Part shown: piece after piece, positions 51,691-64,000 of the stretch
Position numbering within the stretch: the first letter of the stretch is position 1
Layout of the letters: every line of letters starts with the position of its first letter
From: Sphyrna mokarran
Taxonomy: Eukaryota
DNA length: 64,000 bases
Reading direction: 5' to 3'
Assembly (NCBI GenBank): GCA_024679065.1
Contig: JAGIQG010000032.1
Location: 13,392,001-13,456,000 of the forward strand
Program-made: the position numbers and the translations under genes
The notes under the pieces: generated by a model
What the model saw: only the letters and a program-made list of their open reading frames with translations
What the model was told of the DNA's origin: nothing
Databases searched by the model: none

Positions 51691-52825
51691 ATCAAAAAAC
51701 ATATATAAGTGTAAGGGATAAACACTAGACATAAGTTGCGCAGCTGGAACTGGTGATTTTTAAGATCGCAATCTAAGCTATAGTCAAAGAACAATTGGGC
51801 TAATTTTAACCAAGCTCACTTAGAAAACCCAGGCAATTTGGTGGAACACTGCTGTTCCACCATCCTCAATAATATACTCCATTGCCTCCATTATATTCCT
51901 GTCTGCAAGGTTAAGTTAAAATTGCTCCCATTGAGTTTGTGCTCTGACTAGTTTGTTCTGAGTGAGCTGCAAGAAAGAAAGATGGAGTTAAGAAAGCAGT
52001 GCAAAGGGAAAAGGGAAAGTCCAGTTATTTAACTTGGGAAATGGAAGAAGCCAGGCAGAGAGCTTCTGGGAAGAAGGAATTCTAAAGAGATTGGTGGGAA
52101 GGGCATTAGATGGGTTAGGTGTGCACTCTTGGGCAGTATGGAGAAATTGGGAGAGGAAAGGAGCCAGATATACATGAATGCTGGAGGAACAAGAGCAGTA
52201 ACACAAGCTGGTGCCAATTCGTGGAACCTAAAAGAAAAAAAAAGTCTTGCATTAACCTGAGGAGAAAATAGGGCCAATTTTTTCTTTAGACACTGATCAG
52301 GGCTGAGCAACCTGTGAACAAATTTGAACCAATTTAAAATGTGCTGATCTCACTATGGAATATCTGAATTTGATGTATATAACTAAGGCCCTATGTTACG
52401 TAGCTGAGATTATCTTTTGTTTTTCTAAACAATTTGCTTCTTACAAAAGATATTTTATGACATGGAATACTGATAATTTATTTGCACAACACTGCACAAT
52501 CTTTGTGTTTTCATTTTTATTTGTTTCATCATTCATCGGCACTTGTTGCCACCAGTCATCACAATGCTGAAAGTGAATGAACACCTTTGTAGTAAAAGAT
52601 GTTCTTTACTTGCCTCAAGCTATGTGAAAGTGACACCAGAATGTCCTCCATGGCATCTCTTCCAGGTGTTCAGTCTCTTGTATCTCTGATCTCCCATTTA
52701 CCACTGGAGGATTATTAACACAAAGAAGAGTCATTATTGTGAACACTGCATTGAGACTGTGTTTTACTGAAACAACCTTCTCCAACAAATCTGCAGGACA
52801 GAAAAAGTACAGAAGAATATCAACA

Positions 52826-53060
52826 ATCATAGAATCTACAGTACAGAAGGAGGCTACTTGGCTCATCAAGCCTGCACCAACAACAATCCTACCCAGGTCC
52901 CATCCCCAAACCTCATATCTATTTACTCTCCAAATGCCCCTGACACTAGGGTCAATTTAGCATGGTCAATCAATCTAACCTACACGTCTTTGAACTGTGA
53001 GAGGAAACCAAAATCCACGCAGATACCGGGAGAATGTACAAACTCCACACAGACAGTTGC
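52826..53060 (-). mobile_element. V-SINE HE1-like, CR1-type tail, head missing
   Basis: ATCATAGAATC..CAATTTAGCATGGTCAATC..AAACTCCACACAGACAG. Confidence 0.85.
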
Positions 53061-54364
53061 CACAATATGATTCCTCTTAAGAGAACCCAATGTGCGGGTG
53101 GGGAAGAGATGAATTTCAGTGTGCCATCCATGCTCAGGTCAAAAAGCAACAATGTCACAAGCAGACAAGCTGATGTGTTGAATTTCACTTCCCATTTCTT
53201 TGGTAATTAGGCACAACTGAGGAACAGGTGGCAACAATCACCAGAATGGAGACTAATAGATTCATATTTGCTGCTGCCATCAACTGCAAGGGACCCTTAT
53301 ACCAATAGCCTGTCACCGTTCATTGACATAAAAACATCTTTACTGCATTCATTATTGTCCTTATACTTGGTTGTGGAGAAGAATAAACATATTCATCTCT
53401 GGATCTTAGAAGCTTTACAGGTCAGGTATAATCTAACACTTCATTGCTAATCTGTAATTAAAACCACTTCATATGGGTAAATTGGCAAGGAAAGTATACG
53501 TTGTTTTCTAACAGCTGCCATTCGGTGTAGTTAGAATCCTTAAGTAGCTCCTGTTGCTTTGTTTCAGATTTATAAAAACCGTGTGTCTTATCCCCTGGAG
53601 TTGATCTATAATACTTTTTATATTTGCCCGAAATTTCATCCCTAATGTTTCTTGACTGAAAACACATGGTAAACAGGTTCTGTTATTCAGCTGACACCAT
53701 TTTTATTTCAAATTTGGCATCTTCCAACTGACATGAATGACAACTGTGGCAGCAATCACCTCCTCAAATCTCTCCTCGATGTCTCTCCTGGCTTCTGGCA
53801 TCCTTTCTTTTTAAATTTCTATCAGATGAGCATACTTTCTTTGGCATGCATTGTTGAATCTTTTCATGTTAGTTTATCGCTCCAGCAGGAGCCTTTGCCC
53901 TGCATTGCTATTTATTTTGTTTGCGACAGTTTCTCTTTTTCAAATTTATGTAAAACCAGGCATAGATCTGTTAGATTTTTTTGTCGTTGCATTTTTTATT
54001 GCTTTGTTAGACATACGCAAGACTCCAAGCTTCCTCGGAAAGGGGGGCCCCGAGTGATGCTGATGAGGACACAATCGAGAGTCAGAAAATGGACAACTCT
54101 GAAAATTGTGTTGCCGTACCACCAGCTTTTCAACCAACGTAATGAATTTGGGCTGCGGTGAATGATTTAGTTCCTGCAGAAGGAACCTTTAGAGATTTAT
54201 CTTATGATAAGTTTAAACTAAAGACAATTATCCCAGCAAAGGAGAAATTTGAAAATGACTACATCATTTTATATGTTCCATTATTAGTGGTTTTTCCACA
54301 TTTGCAGCTGAGTAATTAATACAAAATTATATGAACGATAGAAATTAGGGGAGTAAGACGTGAG

Positions 54365-55195
54365 TGGTGGAATTTTCCACAAAGTGCACAGAGTGTGGTA
54401 GAGATAAGAAAAGCTGTGTAAATCTCATTGGTTTCACAGCTGCCTTTTTTAGTCTGATCAAACAGCACTGGGTAATTTCAAAATGTTGGCTCAGGATCAT
54501 AGTTTGGGAGAGGGATGAGGGGTCGGGGGGTGGGGTAGTGGGGTGGTAAGCCACAGCAAACCTGGAATTTGGAGATCGAAGGATGCCCTTTTTGATCTCA
54601 AAATAAAATAAAACCCCTCCCCATGGGCATCGGGGTTGCCTCCCCCACCCCACCCCACCTCACCCACAAAATCAGGACCCCCCTTGGACGTTGGGAACAC
54701 CCCACATTTAGACCCCCACCAACACTGGAAAACTGGGGTGCCCATCCCACATATATGAAAACTCCCAACAGGGTTAGGTTGCCCTGCTAAGGACAGTGCC
54801 AGGACACTTCTGCCACGTCCTGCACCACCTGGGTGCTATACTTACCTCTGCACTGCCAGCGTAGTCATCACAATTGTTAATTTTTAAAATCAGTAGTGAT
54901 TCCTACTGGTGTGATGTCAAACCAGTGCAAGTGGAGCATTTGATGCTCTTGCAAGCAATGGCGTTACACCTTTAATGATATTTCATTGGAGTCAATTCTG
55001 TGGAAACCAGTTTATGCCTGGGTATGAGTCTAATTACGTTGGCAATGAGCGAACAGAGAAGAGGGAAGATCTTAAACAGAGATCTTGCTGCCACAAATCC
55101 CATTCTGACCCTTCTGAGAGAGTTAGCGACCATAATGGGATTTGCACCAGTGGCAAAGGGGCCCTCAGGATCGCTCCCAAGATTGGCTCCCAGAA
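54365..55195. mobile_element. GC-rich non-autonomous DNA-transposon-like repeat
   Basis: Starts GGTGGAATTTTCC like other Harbinger-type ends in this window; G-run and C-run blocks inside; right end uncertain. Confidence 0.4.
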
Positions 55196-55479
55196 AGTAC
55201 CAAATCTGGTTGATGTATTCCTGGAGGATTCACCATATGATTGCTTGCTCCCAATTACCCTGCTTGGTCCTACAGCCATTTTATCAATCCCCAATGTCTT
55301 AATATCCAGATACTGTTGAGATGGTATAATGAATGTGCTCACTTGTGGTCTTTAACTATCATTACACATCTCGGGTGCAACAGTGCACTGTATTGACATG
55401 CCTATTATAGTGTTGTTCTGGTTGGTTAGCTTTGGAACTGACAGGTACAGAGGAGATTGCAATTTGTTAATTGTACTAA

Positions 55480-56310
55480 TACTAGGGACTAATGGCCTTC
55501 ATTAAGAAGGAGAAATATTGGTAAGTAGATATTATGCAAAATAATGTTGCATCCCTGAAATTTAGAAGCTTTAATGGCAATTTGGTTAAAGTTTTCAAGA
55601 TATTAAAGGGAACCAATGAAGTATTTAGAGGGAAGCTATTTCCATCGACTGAGGATAAGGGGGCCAGAGGAATAGCCTAAAAATGAGAACCAGTCCTTCC
55701 AGGTATGAAATTAAGAAACATTGCTACATATAAAGAATGATAGAAGCCTGGAAGTCCCAATGACAACTGATGGTAGATATCAGTGTTAGTTTGAAAACTG
55801 ACATGAGGTTGTTTTGTAAACCAAAGGTGTGTAGGATTTTGGGGCACAAGACCAGTATGAAGTTGGCTTGCAGATTTATCATGATCTTATTGAATTGCAC
55901 AATGGGCTTGAGGGACTAAATGGCCTCGTCCTGTTCCTCTGGTAGCTCGGATCATTTGTAAAAAGAAGCAGAAGGTAAATCGTGATAACTATTCCATTGT
56001 TAGAACACAAGAACATCAGAGGTAGAAGCAGAAGTAGAGCATTTGCTTTCTTGAACCAGCTCTGCCATTGATTATTGTTCATCCACTGCTTGAACTCTAC
56101 TTTCCCATCCACCCTTCATTTCCCTTGATTCGCTGAGAGACCAAAAATCTGTCTATCTCAGCCTTAAATATCTTCAGTGATAAGCATCCACAACATTCTG
56201 GATTACAGAAATCCCAAGGTCCACAACCCTTTGAGTGAAGAAATTTCTCCCTCAGTCCTAAATAGTTGTCCTCTTTTTTTAACTGTGTGCCCCTTTGGAC
56301 TGCAAGTCCC
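55480..56310. mobile_element. Two old CR1 3' fragments tail-to-tail (55480-55940 plus; ~56000-56310 minus)
   Basis: FRSFNGNLVKVFKILKG and GGGACTAAATGGCC tail on plus; EISSLKGLW and AGAACACAAGAACA tail on minus. Confidence 0.7.
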
Positions 56311-57044
56311 TAATGCTATATCAGTGTGTATTGAGGTCTTCAGTTGCACAGTCCTAATAGATCTCCATTCAAACGCTGTATTATTGCATGGAACCATAAT
56401 GCAATTCATGGACTAATTACATTTGCCTGAGACTGAGATGGAGTTGGTAAAAGTTTGCTAGATTGGGGAATGTTAAAAGCAGTTAAGACAGAACTTCCTT
56501 GTCCAGTGGTTTCCGATGTTCTTAAACTGACAGTCTGATATTGCTCATCATTACTTGGTGCAAGTACCAGATGTAGCACAAAATAATGTTCTTCTAGTGC
56601 AATTATTCATCTGGTAACCTCTGAACTGCTATTTCCCCAGTGTAATCATTTCAGATGGTAACCAAATCAATTTGCAATGTTCCAAACATATTTTTGGTCC
56701 AAGAAGTATTTGGTTCATCGCATGAATCTTGTAGTCTACAATTCTTTTGAAAACAAATACTTCCCAGTGATTTGCCAGCAGAAAATAGATAATGTGCATT
56801 TTAACAACTACTTTTAAATCAGAATGCACAAATCTTTCTTTTACTACCTTTCTTAAAGCCTTGGGACTCTGCAAAGGGTTGATAGTGAACTTTGCAGAAT
56901 CCTTCCCATGGATATTAAATATGTAATATATTGTTTCCTTTGCTATGTATGCACCATTACTAAGCCAGAAAAATAAAAACATGTGCATCAGAAAATAATT
57001 CATGCTGAACTTGAATCCGACACTAACAGTTGCCCTATATAAGG

Positions 57045-57140
57045 AAGAAAGAAGGACTTGCATTTATATCATGCCTTTCATAACCCCAGGACATTCCAAT
57101 GTGCTTTGTATCCAATTGAAATATTCTTGAAGTGTAGTCT
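57045..57140 (-). mobile_element. DeuSINE/L2-type tail fragment
   Basis: ACTTGCATTTATATCATGCCTTTCATAACCCCAGGACATTCCAATGTGCTTT..TGAAGTGTAGTC. Confidence 0.65.
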
Positions 57141-57707
57141 CTGACCCAGATTTTCAGCATGATGGAGAGTCTCATGGGGAAAATGGCGGAATAGGCCAAA
57201 ATTCTTAAAACGTGGCACTTCTCATTTTTGCAGAGCAGCAATGCATGCACGTTTTCTGAAGACAGTTGGCTATTATAAATCCTTAGCTGCCTCCAGCAAA
57301 GTGGGATTTTGGTAGACCAGGAGTGTGAAAACCTAAGTGTTCAGATTAAACTGGGTCAGAGTGGATCTGAACTTTGTGGATAGCCAGGGTACTATATTGG
57401 AGAGGTAAGGTACTCCTTTGAGTCTGATCCCAGGGCATCTTTGGGGATGTTAGGTGCCCTTTGGGGTCGGCTAGGGGCCCTTTGAATTGCTAATGGTAGA
57501 CATAAACATATGTAAAAAATGTACAAATTCATTACTTTCAAGTTCATCGGAACTGTCAATAGATTTACTACTAAGGTTAACAATCAAAACAGAAGCACCT
57601 GTCAAAGGGACCTGTCAAAAACAAAGGAAGCTGTCAATGTATTTACAAGACCTACCCTTCAAATCTTTGAAAAAAACAGAGAGTTAAAAAAATTGCTTGC
57701 TGTTGCC

Positions 57708-57798
57708 TTTGATAAACCAGTCTGGATTTATCAAACTAGTGATTAGCACTAGTCCAGCTTCTATTGCTGGACTAGTGCTAATGATTGATTTCACAATC
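57708..57798. repeat. Tandem hairpin cluster (perfect 17-bp inverted repeat)
   Basis: ATTAGCACTAGTCCAGC (57742-57758), 7-nt loop, GCTGGACTAGTGCTAAT (57766-57782); second hairpin at 57708-57735. Confidence 0.85.
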
Positions 57799-58332
57799 AT
57801 CCAAGATCATAGAAAGTGCCGCTATTTCACAATGTGATTAATAACCGCAAATGGTTAAAGACTCTTCATTATGGGACTATGAATTTGAGTGCTTGTTATT
57901 ATAAGGGATTATGCACTTGAGTGAAATATTTATTATTATCAGACTTTATTTCGTTAAATTTATTTAATGAATGTAGTAGATTAATTTTATGATTGTGTTT
58001 TCTCTCCAGTATATTGCGTTGGATTGGTATTAGGGTTGTAATGTATTGCTCTTCAATTTTTCTCTTGTTTAAGAGCCATACAATTTCAATACATTACTGA
58101 TGTTGACAAAAGCTAGAACCAAGATTTTCACTAGTATTATTAACTGATCTTGAAATATATCTTTTTAAACTTATGTATTTTTTATTTTTGTTGAGTGATA
58201 TTTAGTCGGGAATCTTGTAACACCTTTGGTTTTACATTTAGAAAAAATATGCTAATTGTGAACTAACCACCAAGACAGTCCTCATCCTGCACAGCAGGGT
58301 ACCCATCTCTTGGTTTGTCTGCCAAGAACATT

Positions 58333-59315
58333 GGGGTGAATTTTATCTTTTTCAATGGGATGCGGAAACCTAACTTGGAAGTGTGCAGTTTATCGATTCC
58401 CATCAACTCCCTTTGTAAATGCCAAATAAAATGTGGCGCAGTCTATTAGTGGGCACCTGCTGGGAAGCTGCCTAATTATAGCTGCATCCCAAACACAAAC
58501 CCTTCCTCTTCCCTTGCTCTCTTTCAAGCTTGCAGTTAGTACCATGGCCAGCTTTTAAATGCCACACCATAGAAAGCACTTGTGACTTGAGTTAATATAA
58601 TAAATAATATAGAGTTATTTTTGTTGCAGCTACATTCACATTGTCATTTGAATAGCACCTTGAAGTATGTTTATATGAGTAAAGGCTCAAAGAATTGGAT
58701 CTGCAGCCCAATACGTCATGCGGCAGTAGGGTAATGCCAAAGTCACGGCTAGAATGTGAAGTCTCCCTGCTCTTAGAATCTGTCTTTATTAATCATTTCG
58801 GAGGCTCAAAGACTCTTAGAAAATGGAGTTAAAGATCTTACAATCACTGCCACCTTCCCACACAGAATCTGTTGGTACATTCAACGGTGGATCCCAATGG
58901 CAGGCCTTGTTTTTACTGCCCTTGCGTCATTCAATCTTAGCTGGCTTTTTAGATCCGATATCTGAACAATCCTGTCGTAGGGTAAAATTGTACATGATCG
59001 GCTTGTTAAAGCTTTATAATTTCTTTTTAGAAAATGGGATCTGTACTGTCAGAGATTAGCCTGGTGACATTGGCAGGATTTTCCAGTCCTCCCCACTGTA
59101 TGTTTTCTGATAGTAGAGATAGTTCACCATGGCTCGGCCATCCCATTAGTAGGAAAAAAATCAGAGGGGATCAACTTCAGCTGGACTGGAAGATCCCACT
59201 GGCAGGATTGGCAAAAAATTCCCTATCATTGGGTGGTAATTTAATGTCATCACACTGGATTGTATGAAAGCACAGGGAGACTACACGCCCAATTTCCAAA
59301 CATAAAATTCACCCC
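58333..59315. mobile_element. PIF/Harbinger-type non-autonomous element with 3-bp TSD
   Basis: Perfect 14-bp TIR GGGGTGAATTTTAT / ATAAAATTCACCCC flanked by ATT (58330-58332 and 59316-59318); contains a smaller MITE at ~59072-59227. Confidence 0.75.
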
Positions 59316-59470
59316 ATTGTTTTCCAAATCTGCACTGCATTCTGTCCGTACATTAGAAACTATCACGACAAATGTCATTGGAATGGAGAATGTGCTTTTG
59401 ATCTAATCTCATTTTGAAAAGATAATTAATTTTTAAGTAATTAGTACTCAGTAAAGAATTGAAGGTATCA

Positions 59471-59590
59471 GCCAGAATTCTCTGACCTTGCCCAAGGTTG
59501 GGATTCTCCAGTCCTGCTGCAGTGAATGACATTTTGGCTGAATACAAATTCTCATTGACAACAGGGACACAAGATCAGAGAATTCTGGTC
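59471..59590. mobile_element. Short Harbinger-type MITE
   Basis: TIR CCAGAATTCTCTGA / TCAGAGAATTCTGG around a ~90-bp core. Confidence 0.65.
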
Positions 59591-62500
59591 ACCTGAATCT
59601 CAAAGATTTTAGCACATTCGTAACCACTGTGCCTGAAGCCGGCACTCGTGAAAGAAGCCCCCACCATTTTATTTGAAGATGGTTGTAAACATTGTGAAAA
59701 ATACCTTTTTCATGATGATGTGTGCCATTTTAACATACATTATCAGCAAGACGCAAGCAAAGCAAATTTCTCAAATTTCCCCATTATTATTCCATTTAAG
59801 CATTCCATGCTTATTCTAGATTTCATGATGCGGAACCCCCTCCCCGCCTTTCCATCCCCCATCACCATCCCCGGTTTACTTTCCATTAACCCCAACTACC
59901 ATTAGGCCCCACATCCAACTATCACCATGGTCTTTCCCCCATTGACTCATTCTACCAAATATATCCACCTAACATATCCAGACCTTAACTTTGCCTCTTT
60001 CCTGTTTGAATGCACCTGAGCGGATGCCAGTTGTTCAAGATTAATTGAAAACAATTAATACATATTGAAGCAACAACCCATTCCATTCTTGCAGATACTT
60101 TCAGAAACTATGAATTGAGTTACAAGCTCGAGGCCTTTAAAATAAAATGAAAATGGCCAGAACACATGCTACATTATAGATATTCAATGTGCAATTATTA
60201 GTCCATATTTATTTTATTCTTAGTTTATCTGATGGAATGCGATTTAGCTCTTACCATAATATTGGTTAGAGTGGCTGGGGGAGAAACTGGGGGGCCAGTG
60301 GCAGCAGGGGAGTATCACAACCCTTGAAGTAATTATAGACTACTTTTAAACAATGACATTGCTGTGGTCATTCAAAGTCCAGAGGCCACTGACTGTAATG
60401 AAAAATATGTCACTATTAGTGCTGTGGATGCATAATAGTATGTCAAACAGTCACTATATTCAGTAATTAATAGGTTTAAAGTGTGCAACCATTACAGATT
60501 TTTGTGAATAAATTGTAACTCAATATTGATTTTTTTTTTATTGATTAACCACCATTTCTTAGATTTTATGATGCAAATGACACAATCTCACTAGCTGTGT
60601 ATGTTTCAATAGATTTCACAATGTGGCAGGATTTCATCTGACTTGCATTCATAATATGGTGTTTCTGCATTTATGTCCTGCCACACTAGATTCTAAAAAA
60701 AAATTTGCATCCATATATGTGGCTATTTGAATAATTTATTACCAAAAACAAAACTGATTTCATTAAATGTTAATTTATTTGGCAAAATATGCCCAATTTT
60801 TTTGGAATAAGATTAAGAGTATTTGCTTTAATACATCTTGTTCCAAAAGGGAAACATGGCATGGAGTTTCATTCGAATACTTGTATCTATATCTTTCATG
60901 AAAATGTTGTCAAAACCTAAAGGAACATGGAACTACTGTTGTATTACTTGCAACAGCTGATTGTTGGCACAAATAATATTGATGAATAGTTTTGATACAA
61001 TCGTAGAATTGCCTTGACAAACAGAACTAAACACGAAAACATTCGATTCCAAAGTGGCAATGTACACACTTCTACAATACCTATGAATTAAACTAAAAAA
61101 AACTATAACATACTAATTTATTTTTAGCACAGAGGACCTGATTTACAGAATATAATCTTCATACTTAAACATTGCAAGGACAATTAATTTTAGACTGAGA
61201 ACAGTAACTCAGTAACATCAAATAATAAATATGTTTTGCCTCATTGCTACTGTTTATCTAAAAGAGCAAATCAATGCTTAAAAAATAAGCAGACTATCCA
61301 AGATTTCCTTTGTGAGACTGAGCACATGTTACTGATTAATATCATTGTGCTTCTAAAATCATTTTATATTGAGAGCACCCATTTAACATTGTAGATTAAT
61401 TGGTTACCTCAGCTTTAAAAATCCTTAAATTGTTCAGCTCCCAGTAACAAGCAATTTGTGTTGCTGTTTATTGTACAAGAAAAAGTACTGTTTCAGATTT
61501 TTTTGTATCTATTGCTCCTTTAATTAGTTGCTCTTTGGCAATGAATAACTCTGCACTGTAAATGGACAGGCCCCCGTGTCCTAATTTTATGCAGTGGAAC
61601 TGCCAAGATTTGCTTCCAAGCATCGCTACAATGAAAAATGGCATGCATTTTCTTGATAGTCCATGTGGTTGTAGAGTATAAATGGCTAATGAATTACAGA
61701 TGAACATTGACGCAAATTAATCTTTTTGATGTCCCTAGGTTATATGGCAGGCATTTAAAAGTTTAATCAATACACTAAAGTTGAAAACATGCAGGCACTG
61801 CAGTTGTTTGGATGTAATAAACATTAGAGGAAAACTGGAGACTTGTACTCAGTACATGTATCATAATGACAGGTATTTATGTTTAATGGACTAAATATTT
61901 TTTACTGGAAGAGAACAAATGTCAGTTTAACTTTGAAGGTTCTGGATTTAAGTTAGCAATACAGTCTCGGGGAGATGGCTGCCATATCAAATAGTCAGTA
62001 AGGAAGCAAAAATCTAAACAATATAATGACTAATTGGTTCTGCCTTTAGTTAGTTAACTTAATGAAGCAAAATTGCCTGAATTTTTGTTTTTGTATGTGA
62101 ATATTTTCTCCTTTCTCCACAATATACAACCTAAACTGATTATTTAATTTTGGTAACCTAGCTTTAACCTTTTCCACACTTTGTTGTAAGACATTTGTTA
62201 AATTTACCGTACCTTTTTCAAACAACTGCAGGGTGAATAGTAACTATGAAGTCTAATGTTGATGCAGACCGATAAACAGTATGGATGAGATATATCCAGT
62301 CTAAAATAGCGCCACACTATACACCCTATCTCTGCCTAACCCCATAATTCAGTGTTACGTGTTGTTATGGATGTCTGTGCTCTGTGAGTCTATCTTTTTC
62401 CTACAGGTATTATTTCAGCTCTTTCAGATAATAAGGAATGTTTAATTGCATTGTTAATTGATTTTTTTGCACTGCATTATTACAATGATTGATTGCTATG

Positions 62501-64000
62501 TTGATGGAAATGTTAAATGCAGCCCATGTAAAGTATCAGGGCAGTAAAGAGGGAGAGGCTTGCGGAGAACAGATAACCTTGATGTTAAGAGCTACATCCT
62601 TTGGATATGTCTTTCCTTGACATATTGATGGCTCTGGAATGGGAAAAGCTGATTGTATGCAGAATACAATCATTAAACCCACTTCAGTGCACTGTTGATT
62701 AATTTGTTTTTTCCTGAAGGTTCTAGTTAAACAGAAGGCCTCAGTAACCTCAAGAGCAGCAATATTTCAGTGGAAATTGTCTTAACTGATTTTCTCTTCT
62801 TCCTTTCACTCCTCCTCACCTCCTTTCCCCTGCAAAAAAAAATCTGTTTCCATCATCAGTACAGCAGAATAATCATTCGCCACCAGTAGCAAGTCTGAAG
62901 ACAGCACATGCCCACATCAAAGCAGAGCATGTCAATGTCATTCAAGGATGTGGAGATACACTCCCATTTTTAAACAAAGTATGACATATGAGGAACAAAG
63001 TGTTGATTGTTCCACTGCCAAATTGTACATAATGGAAACATTAGCTTCAAGATAACTTTTAATCTGTCAGACTAATGGGTTCTTAATGTGTATAGGGGTT
63101 TAAATGTATGCCAGCCATGTCTGTATAAGGTAATATACTTGCGGCCCGAGAGGATCTCGATGACTGTACGCTCGACACAATATGGTTTATTATTGTGTGT
63201 CAGTTCATCATTCTGTTCCCACGGACTTTGAGCTGCTTCTCAATTTTCCCGAAACAGATTATATGAAGAAGAGGCCTGAGATTTGCAGTTATAGATGCAC
63301 TGCTGCCTCTCGAGTATATTCTGATAAAGCTGTTCCTCGCCAGGATGAATAAGTTACACAGAGAGCTTGAGATACAAACTTTTTTCAGAGCGTGCATACG
63401 TGCCTATGTTTCACAGCCTACCGTTATACTGATTGTATGCCTGTTCCTTTATGCCGTGTCAGACATGTGGAAAAGAAAACTCGAATGTCAACTTTTCCAG
63501 ATCAGATCGCGGCCGATTAAATCTCCTCAGTGAACGTTAAGGGATGGAAATAGAAACTGACAGTCTTTACATTTGTAATAGGCATCATCTGTACCTAATT
63601 TTGGTTTGTTAAGTTGTAAGTTATCAAAGTTAACAAAAATAAATAGAATAAAAGCATAAAGGTTTCATATTAAAAAAATGCATTTATAGCACATTTCTCT
63701 TAGTGTCATTTTCAATTTACCCACTTGTGACATGTAACTAAACAAGTTGGCGCTGGCAGTGAGTACATCTTTGGTCTCTATCAATTATTAGTTATGACAT
63801 TTGCTAAAGAAACAGTTTATAGAGACAGTATCCCTTTTGTTGGAGTCAACAGCGTTTTTTAAAAAAAATCTCTAACCTACAAAAGCCTGTTCGTATTATT
63901 TCAGATTTTTGAAATTGGCGTTCTGAAGCATGAGATTTGTTACAAAATTCAAAAGTTAATGAAATAAACCTGCAGACCAACGTGTTACTGAGATCTTCCC

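Noticed and set aside
56629-57063. 144-aa minus-strand ORF
   Set aside because: Starts inside a SINE tail; no recognisable domain or splice context.

Overview
Eukaryotic, AT-rich, CpG-depleted, repeat-dense DNA. The repeat set points to a cartilaginous fish (shark), which is an inference: HE1-like V-SINEs, CR1/HER1-type LINEs with (GTTCTAT)n tails, DeuSINEs, Meta-domain SINEs, Rex1/Babar and L2 LINE fragments, Penelope-like pLTRs and Harbinger/Tigger MITEs. No host gene is recognisable, so this is probably a large intron or a gene desert. The only long real ORFs are 5'-truncated CR1 reverse transcriptases (26544-27623 minus, 39188-40495 plus). Main observations: (1) a tRNA-head + Meta-domain 'SINE' sequence runs directly into a LINE endonuclease start in some copies and into the LINE 3' tail in others, suggesting a Pol III-headed, ORF1-less LINE and its internally deleted SINE; (2) V-SINEs carry two alternative tails matching CR1 and Rex1-type LINE ends; (3) ~110-140 bp foldback elements derived from Penelope pLTR ends with 13-15 bp target-site duplications; (4) a three-layer nested LINE insertion; (5) several CpG-retaining non-repeat patches and a hairpin/TGACAG cluster that are candidate conserved elements. 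All family names come from recalled motifs, not database searches, and coordinates of old repeats are approximate.
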